From Planctomycetota bacterium (lineage in GTDB: Bacteria > Planctomycetota > B15-G4), in assembly GCA_965248575.1 (NCBI GenBank), contig CBDFJQ010000002.1, positions 4,064,001 through 4,128,000 on the forward strand: DNA of 64,000 bases, in the 5' to 3' direction. Below are positions 58,028 to 64,000 of this stretch, one piece after another. The notes beneath the pieces are model-generated. The model was not told the origin of the DNA. It ran no database searches and was given only the letters and a program-made list of their open reading frames with translations. The translations under genes were made by a program, and so were the position numbers. Position 1 is the first letter of the stretch. Every line of letters starts with the position of its first letter.

Positions 58028-58998
58028 TGACCATTCGCCCCCGACGCCTGCGCACCACATCCCGCATGCGCGAGGCCGTTGCCCAAACGCGACTCGACCC
58101 CTCGCGGCTGATCGTGCCGCACTTCGTCATGGAAGGGCAGGGCGCGGATGTGCCCATCGATTCCATGCCAGGGGTTGCGCGCATGAGCATCGGCCGACTG
58201 GTGGAGCAGGTCCAGGCCGACCACGCTTCAGGGCTCGCCAACGTGCTTCTGTTCGGAGTCACCGAACAAAAGGACGCGGCGGCGAAGGCTGCCACCGACC
58301 CGGACGGTCTGATCCCCCGGGCGGTGCGCGCCCTGCGCGATGCCCTCGGCGACGATCTGCTGATCATCACGGACGTCTGCTTGTGCGGGGCGACCGACCA
58401 TGGCCACTGCGGTGTGTTGCGGGACGGCGTGGTCCAGAACGATGAGAGCCTCGGCCTGCTGGCCGACGCAGCGCTTGCTCACGCCCAGGCCGGGGCTGAC
58501 GTCGTGGCGCCCTCCGACATGATGGACCTGCGCGTGGCCGCCATCCGCGATCGCCTTGAGGAGGAGGGCTTCGTCGACACGTCGATCCTCTCCTACTCGA
58601 CCAAGTTCGCCTCTGCCTTCTACGGGCCGTTTCGCGATGCGGCCTCGAGTGCGCCCCAGGCTGGCGATCGCAAGAGCTACCAGATGGATCCGCGCAATCG
58701 TCGCGAGGCCTTGCGCGAGAGTTTGCTCGACGAGCAGGAGGGCGCCGACATGCTCATGGTCAAGCCGGCCCTCAGCTATCTGGATGTGATCGCGGACATC
58801 GCCCAGGAGGCGTTGATCCCCCTGGCTGCCTACAACGTGTCGGGCGAGTACAGCATGGTGAAGGCCGCAGCCGAGCGCGGCTGGGTCGAGGAGGCACGCG
58901 TCGTCCCTGAGATCCTGGGCTCCATGGCTCGTGCGGGGGCGGACCTGATCATCAGCTATCACGCCCGCGACGCCGTGCAGAAAGGATGGTTGTCATGA
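58027..58998 (+). CDS. hemB: Delta-aminolevulinic acid dehydratase (Zn-type)
   Basis: DVCLC..TDHGHCG, APSDMMD, FYGPFR, MVKP and AYNVSGEY. Confidence 0.97.
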   Translation: MTIRPRRLRTTSRMREAVAQTRLDPSRLIVPHFVMEGQGADVPIDSMPGVARMSIGRLVEQVQADHASGLANVLLFGVTEQKDAAAKAATDPDGLIPRAVRALRDALGDDLLIITDVCLCGATDHGHCGVLRDGVVQNDESLGLLADAALAHAQAGADVVAPSDMMDLRVAAIRDRLEEEGFVDTSILSYSTKFASAFYGPFRDAASSAPQAGDRKSYQMDPRNRREALRESLLDEQEGADMLMVKPALSYLDVIADIAQEALIPLAAYNVSGEYSMVKAAAERGWVEEARVVPEILGSMARAGADLIISYHARDAVQKGWLS

Positions 58999-60281
58999 CG
59001 AACCTGCTTGAGCGGGCCCGAGCTGCCATGCCCGGCGGTGTGTCGAGCCCCGTTCGCGCCTTCGGGGCGGTGGAGGGCGACCCGCCCTTCGTCACCAAGG
59101 GCGCGGGGGCGCGCGTCTGGGATTCAGACGGCCGCAGCTCGGTGGATCTCGTCTGTAGCTGGGGCCCGCTGATCCTCGGCCATGGGCACCCCATCGTGTT
59201 GGAGGCCGTGCAGCGCGCGCTCGTGGACGGCCTGACCTTCGGCGCCACCTGCGAGGCGGAGGTCGAGTTGGCGGAGCGCATCCTCTCGCGTTTCCCCAGT
59301 TGTGAGCGGGTGCGGTTCACGAGCAGCGGGACCGAGGCAACCATGGGCGCCGTCCGCCTGGCTCGGGGCGTGACGGGGCGTTCGCGCATCGTGAAGTTCG
59401 ACGGTTGTTATCACGGGCACCATGACGCGGTCCTGGTCAAAGGGGGCTCGGGCCTCGCCACCTTCGGGACGCCCTCCTCTGCTGGCGTGCCTGCGGAGTT
59501 CACCGCCTTGACCGAAGTGTTGCCCCTCGACGACGAGCAGGCGGCAAGCGATCTCTTCGCTGTGAAGGGTGACGAAATTGCCGTGGTCATCGTCGAGCCC
59601 ATGCCCGCCAACGCCGGCCTGCTCATTCAGCGACAGTCTTTCCTGGAGCACTTGCGAATCCTGTGCAGCCAGTACGGCGCGCTGCTCATGTTCGACGAGG
59701 TGATCTCGGGCTTTCGCGTGGCGCCGGGCGGCATGACCGAGCGCACGGGTATCACGCCGGACCTGGTCGCGGTCGGCAAGATCGTCGGGGGCGGCATGCC
59801 GGTGGGGGCCTTCATGGGGACGGCCAGCGTCATGGATCAGCTGGCTCCCTTGGGGCCCGTCTATCACGCAGGAACCCTGTCCGGGAATCCTATCGCCATG
59901 GCCGCGGGCCGGGCGACGTTGGACGTCCTGGAGCAGCCGGGCACCTACGAACGCCTGGACGAGCTGGGCGCCCGCCTGGCCCAGGGTTGGAGGCAGGCCC
60001 TGAGCGAAACGGGCGTGCCGGGCAGCATCGCGCGAGTGGGCTCGGTGCTCTGGGCCTGTCTGCAGGACGGGCCCACGCCGCGGGCCTACCATCTCATCGA
60101 GGAGGGCGGAGCCAAGCTCTACAGCCGCCTGCACGCTGCCGCTCTCGAACACGGGACATGGATGGCGCCCTCGGCCTATGAGGTGGCGTTCCTCTCCACG
60201 GCTCACGAGGAGGCGCACATCGATGAGGCCGTCGCGGCCTTCCACCACGGCCTGCTCGTGGCCAGTGGGCAGCGCCCGTGA
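58995..60281 (+). CDS. hemL: Glutamate-1-semialdehyde 2,1-aminomutase
   Basis: PGGVSSPVRAF, SWGPLILGH, SGTEATM, GCYHG, DEVISGFR, GKIVGGG and AGTLSGNP. Confidence 0.97.
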   Translation: MTNLLERARAAMPGGVSSPVRAFGAVEGDPPFVTKGAGARVWDSDGRSSVDLVCSWGPLILGHGHPIVLEAVQRALVDGLTFGATCEAEVELAERILSRFPSCERVRFTSSGTEATMGAVRLARGVTGRSRIVKFDGCYHGHHDAVLVKGGSGLATFGTPSSAGVPAEFTALTEVLPLDDEQAASDLFAVKGDEIAVVIVEPMPANAGLLIQRQSFLEHLRILCSQYGALLMFDEVISGFRVAPGGMTERTGITPDLVAVGKIVGGGMPVGAFMGTASVMDQLAPLGPVYHAGTLSGNPIAMAAGRATLDVLEQPGTYERLDELGARLAQGWRQALSETGVPGSIARVGSVLWACLQDGPTPRAYHLIEEGGAKLYSRLHAAALEHGTWMAPSAYEVAFLSTAHEEAHIDEAVAAFHHGLLVASGQRP

Positions 60282-61357
60282 GCGTGCGCCTGGACATCAA
60301 CCAGCGAGTGATCGGCAAGCCCCTGCGGGTCTACTTCGCGATCGTGGTGTTCTACGGCTTGCTGCTGTCCTGGTGGGTGTTCTTCTTCTCCCGCCTCGGA
60401 GACCAACTGGCCCAGCGCATGGAATCTGTCGGCGTTCCGCTCAGCGAGGCGCAGCAGCAGGCGCTCGATCAGACGGCCGACGAAGCCATGCGCATGTTCA
60501 TCTTCGAGGGCGGCTTCCTGGGCCTGCTGGTGTTGCTCAGCGTGTACTTGGTCATGCGTTCTGTGCAGCGTGAGAGCACCCTCGCGATGCAGCAGCGGAA
60601 TTTCGTGTCGGCCGTCACTCATGAACTGCGAAGCCCCCTGGCTTCGGCGAGGCTGTACATCGACAGCATCCTCATGAAGCGCACCGATGAGTCGAAGACG
60701 GAGCGCTACCTGCGGCATGCCCGAGAGGATCTCGATCGATTGGGTTCCTTGATCGAGGACATCTTGTTGACCCGGCGCATGAGCGATGCGGGCATCGAAG
60801 TGGAGCCCGATGTCCTGGACTTGCGGGCCTGCACCGAGGCCGAGCTGGAACGCCTGGCGGATCTGCACCGTGAGCAGGGGGCGCAGCTGCGGCTGCTGGA
60901 GGGTGCGCCTGCTTTCTGCAGGGTGGATCCGACAGCCTTCCCGCAGATGCTCGAGAACCTCGTCTCCAATGCCTTGAAGTATGGCGGCGAAGACCGAGTG
61001 GTGGAGATCTCGATCGAGTCGAGGACGTCTCCCGTCACGACGGGTAGCAAGAGCTCGGGGATCGATCGCCTGGGCAAGGCTCGACGGCACTCGAAAGGCG
61101 GGTGGGTCGTGCTGAGCGTTTGCGACCATGGGGCCGGTTTGAACGGCGTGGACCCAGCTCAACTCATGGAGCCCTTCGTGCGCGGTGGCGACGAAGAAGT
61201 GCGCACCCGGCCCGGTGCTGGCCTCGGCCTCTTCATCGTGCGCGAGTTCGCATCAGCGCACGGTGGCGTGCTCAGCATGCAGGATGGTCTGGCCGCAGGC
61301 GGGACGCGCGTGAGCCTCAGTTTCCCGGCAGCTTCATCCGGGGAGGCCGAATCATGA
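60278..61357 (+). CDS. Sensor histidine kinase (2 TM, short loop)
   Basis: H-box VTHELRSPL, N-box ENLVSNALKY, DHGAG and GAGLGL; GTGA overlap with hemL. Confidence 0.93.
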   Translation: MSVRLDINQRVIGKPLRVYFAIVVFYGLLLSWWVFFFSRLGDQLAQRMESVGVPLSEAQQQALDQTADEAMRMFIFEGGFLGLLVLLSVYLVMRSVQRESTLAMQQRNFVSAVTHELRSPLASARLYIDSILMKRTDESKTERYLRHAREDLDRLGSLIEDILLTRRMSDAGIEVEPDVLDLRACTEAELERLADLHREQGAQLRLLEGAPAFCRVDPTAFPQMLENLVSNALKYGGEDRVVEISIESRTSPVTTGSKSSGIDRLGKARRHSKGGWVVLSVCDHGAGLNGVDPAQLMEPFVRGGDEEVRTRPGAGLGLFIVREFASAHGGVLSMQDGLAAGGTRVSLSFPAASSGEAES

Positions 61358-62049
61358 GCGCTGCGCGGCTGATGGTGGTTGAGGACGAAGCCCACCTGGC
61401 TGAGGTGATCGCCGACAACCTCAAGCTCGAAGGCTGGGAGGTCGAGGTCGTGGGCGACGGAGCGCTGGCACTGGAGCGCATCCGCAAGTCAGCTCCGGAT
61501 CTCGTCCTGCTCGACGTCATGCTGCCTGGGCTGGACGGGTTCACCGTCTGCGACACCCTGCGCGCCGAAGGATGTCGGGTGCCGATCCTCTTCCTGACCG
61601 CCAAGAGCAGCCGCGACGACCGGGTCCGTGGCCTGAAGCTCGGTGGCGACGACTACCTGGGCAAACCCTTCGATCTGGAAGAGTTGATCCTGCGCGTGCG
61701 TGCCATCTTGCGCCGTGGCGAGTGGTACAGCTCGTCCTCGACCGCCGGCGAGACCCTCGTGCTGGGTGACGCCAGCGTCGACTTCGCCACCTACACGGTG
61801 ACTTCCGGTGAGCGCTCCGTCGAACTGTCCCAGAAGGAAACCATGATCCTGCGCCTGCTCGCCGAGCAGCCGGGAGTGGTGGTGGCGCGAGCCGACATCG
61901 TGGAGCGCGTTTGGGGTTACGACGTCTTCCCGACCTTGCGCACCGTGGACAACTTCATCGTCCGTCTGCGCCGCCTGCTCGAGCCCGACCCCCGCAACCC
62001 TCGTTACATTCACACCGTCCGTGGAACTGGATACCGCCTGACGCCATGA
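61354..62049 (+). CDS. OmpR/PhoB-family response regulator
   Basis: VVEDE, LLDVMLPGLDG, DDYLGKPF, winged helix RTVDNFIVRLRR and TVRGTGY; ATGA overlaps at both ends. Confidence 0.95.
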   Translation: MSAARLMVVEDEAHLAEVIADNLKLEGWEVEVVGDGALALERIRKSAPDLVLLDVMLPGLDGFTVCDTLRAEGCRVPILFLTAKSSRDDRVRGLKLGGDDYLGKPFDLEELILRVRAILRRGEWYSSSSTAGETLVLGDASVDFATYTVTSGERSVELSQKETMILRLLAEQPGVVVARADIVERVWGYDVFPTLRTVDNFIVRLRRLLEPDPRNPRYIHTVRGTGYRLTP

Positions 62050-63104
62050 CTTCCAACGACACCTTGATGCTCAAGGCCTTGCGCCGAGAGCCCGTAGACC
62101 GTCCACCCGTCTGGCTCATGCGCCAAGCAGGCCGCTACCTGCCTGAGTACCAGGCGGTGCGCAAGAAAGCGGGGGGCTTCCTCGCCATGTGCCACGACCC
62201 GGAGCTGGCGGCCGAGGTCACGTTGCAACCCATCCGGCGCTTCGGCATGGACGCAGCCATTCTTTTCAGCGACATCCTGTTGCCCTTGGCCTCCATGGGG
62301 ATGCCGTTGGAGTTCCAAGACGGGCGCGGGCCGGTGCTGCCGAAGCCGCTTCGGAACGCCGACGATGTCGCTGCCCTGAAGCCCGTCGTGCCGGAAGAAT
62401 CGCTGGCTTATGTGGGTGAGGCGCTCCAATGCACGGCTGCCGGTTTGCCGAGCGGGACCACCTTGCTCGGCTTCTGTGGTGCGCCCTACACCCTCGCCAG
62501 CTACGCCATCGAAGGGGGGACCAGCAAGGCCCACGCGAAGGTTCGGCAGCTCATGTACCGCGAACCCGCGGTCTTCGAGTCGCTCATGTCGAAGCTGGCC
62601 GAGACTTCGGGCCGACATCTCGCCTACCAGGCGTCCCAGGGTGCCCAGGCCGTGGTGCTCTTCGACACGTGGGCAGGGACCCTCGGTCGCGAGGACTACC
62701 TGCGCCATGCGCTCCCTTGGTCCAAGCGCGCCCTGGAGATCGTCGCCGCCGAGAGCGATGTGCCCCGCATCCACTTCGTGCTCAACGGACAGCACGTCCT
62801 GGACGAGGTAGTCGCCGCCGGAAGCGAAGGGGTGGCGGTGGACTGGCGTGTTTCCATTGCCGACTGCATGGAGCGCTGGGGTGACCAGGTCGCCTTTCAG
62901 GGCAACCTCGACCCTTCTCTCCTGCTGGGTACGCCCGAGCTGGTGGCGCAGCGCACACGCGCCATCCTGGAGTCGGTGGGTGGTCGCCCGGGCCATGTGA
63001 TGGGCCTGGGGCACGGTGTGCACAAGGAGACGGATCCCGAATGCGTGGCGGCATTCGTCGACACGGTGAAGGCTTTTTCGTGTGCAAGCGTGAAGGGAGC
63101 CTGA
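62046..63104 (+). CDS. hemE: Uroporphyrinogen decarboxylase
   Basis: PVWLMRQAGRYLPEY, AAILFSDIL, GAPYTLASY, QGNLDP and LGHG. Confidence 0.97.
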   Translation: MTSNDTLMLKALRREPVDRPPVWLMRQAGRYLPEYQAVRKKAGGFLAMCHDPELAAEVTLQPIRRFGMDAAILFSDILLPLASMGMPLEFQDGRGPVLPKPLRNADDVAALKPVVPEESLAYVGEALQCTAAGLPSGTTLLGFCGAPYTLASYAIEGGTSKAHAKVRQLMYREPAVFESLMSKLAETSGRHLAYQASQGAQAVVLFDTWAGTLGREDYLRHALPWSKRALEIVAAESDVPRIHFVLNGQHVLDEVVAAGSEGVAVDWRVSIADCMERWGDQVAFQGNLDPSLLLGTPELVAQRTRAILESVGGRPGHVMGLGHGVHKETDPECVAAFVDTVKAFSCASVKGA

Positions 63105-63105
63105 G

Positions 63106-64000
63106 GTGAGTGAAGCGACGAGTGACTCAAGAGGCGGATCGTCGAGGCCGGCGGAAGCGCCGCTGCAGGTCGGCGAGGACGTGCTGGCCAAGTTGGCTGT
63201 CGCTGGGCCGCGCTACACCTCCTACCCCACGGCGCCCGAGTGGTCGGACGACTTCGGTGAGGCGGATGCGTTGGCTGCCTACGGGCGCGCGGCCCAGGAA
63301 GCCGATGAACCCCTCTCGCTCTACGTCCATCTGCCGTTCTGCTCCCGCCTCTGCCTGTACTGCGGGTGCACCGTCGAGATCAACGGCAAGCAGTCCCGAG
63401 CGGACAGCTACCTGGATGCCGTGGAGCAGGAGATCGCCCTCGTCTCGAAGGCCTTGGGCGAGCGCCGCGATGTGGTGCAACTGCACTGGGGCGGAGGCAC
63501 ACCCACCTTCCTCTCCACGACCCAGCTGCGTCGCCTGTTCGCGATGCTGACCGACAAGTTCCGGCTGCAGGGCGACGCCGAGGTTTCCTTGGAAGTGGAC
63601 CCGCACGTCACGACCCGCGAGCAGCTGGAGTGCCTGGCGGACCTGGGCTTCAATCGGGTCAGCATGGGTGTGCAGGACCTCGACCCAGCCGTGCAGCAGG
63701 CGGTGCGTCGGGAGCAGACGGTGGACGAGACCACTTCGTTGATCGAAGGCTGCCGCGAACTGGGCATGCAGGGCGTCAACGTCGACCTCATGTACGGTTT
63801 GCCCGAGCAGACCATGGACGGTTTCTCCCGGACCCTCGATCTCATCGCTCAGCTGCGTCCCGATCGTCTGGCTGTCTTCGGCTACGCCCACGTGCCCTGG
63901 CTCAAGCCGGCCCAGAAGGTGCTCGAGTCCTATGCCATGCCGGACGCCGCGCAGCGCACGGGCTTGTTCTCGGCCGCGCTCAAGACCCTGAGCGGTGCGG
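63106..64000 (+). CDS. hemN: Oxygen-independent coproporphyrinogen III oxidase (radical SAM), truncated by window end
   Basis: Not in the ORF track because it has no stop in the window; manual translation from GTG 63106 gives GPRYTSYPTA, LYVHLPFCSRLCLYCGC, HWGGGTPT and DLMYGLP. Confidence 0.93.
   Translation, partial: MSEATSDSRGGSSRPAEAPLQVGEDVLAKLAVAGPRYTSYPTAPEWSDDFGEADALAAYGRAAQEADEPLSLYVHLPFCSRLCLYCGCTVEINGKQSRADSYLDAVEQEIALVSKALGERRDVVQLHWGGGTPTFLSTTQLRRLFAMLTDKFRLQGDAEVSLEVDPHVTTREQLECLADLGFNRVSMGVQDLDPAVQQAVRREQTVDETTSLIEGCRELGMQGVNVDLMYGLPEQTMDGFSRTLDLIAQLRPDRLAVFGYAHVPWLKPAQKVLESYAMPDAAQRTGLFSAALKTLSGA

Noticed and set aside
61102..61353. Long N-terminal extensions on RR, hemE, PDZ, permease and FG-GAP ORFs
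   Set aside because: They overlap upstream genes in another frame; ATGA/TGATG-coupled or adjacent starts give normal lengths.
1..64000. Mobile elements, defence systems, tRNA/rRNA, recoding events
   Set aside because: No transposase, integrase, RT or nuclease motifs, no obvious compositional island, no cloverleaf recognised by eye, and no interrupted conserved genes; small ncRNAs cannot be excluded without covariance-model searches.

Overview
GC-rich bacterial chromosomal segment with about 48 CDS. I found no rRNA, tRNA, CRISPR array, prophage or IS. ECF sigma/Ser-Thr kinase pairs, FG-GAP proteins, a sulfatase-like lipoprotein and the cytochrome b6 type suggest Planctomycetota (inference). 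Heme and respiratory biogenesis dominate: (i) groES-groEL, then a cupredoxin-like lipoprotein, ctaA, a CtaB-SCO fusion and DUF420; (ii) a HEAT-Rieske-cyt b6 (heme ci Cys)-subunit IV-octaheme cytochrome c operon; (iii) a hemA-hemC/D-hemB-hemL-histidine kinase-OmpR-type regulator-hemE-hemN operon. The best candidate for an undescribed system is (iii). A two-component system with almost no external sensor domain is translationally coupled inside the heme operon. The operon promoter carries a Pho-box-like direct repeat with an 11-bp period (CATGACA-N4-CATGACA), and a second 11-bp-period TGTC-core repeat precedes the ctaA/ctaB operon. Other candidates are an ECF/non-RD kinase pair divergent from a membrane-anchored PspA-like gene, an ABC-PDZ-2x FG-GAP operon, recurrent leaderless-type promoters (TANNNT 6-9 nt before ATG) and an orphan eboE. 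All calls come from motif reading only; no database searches were run.
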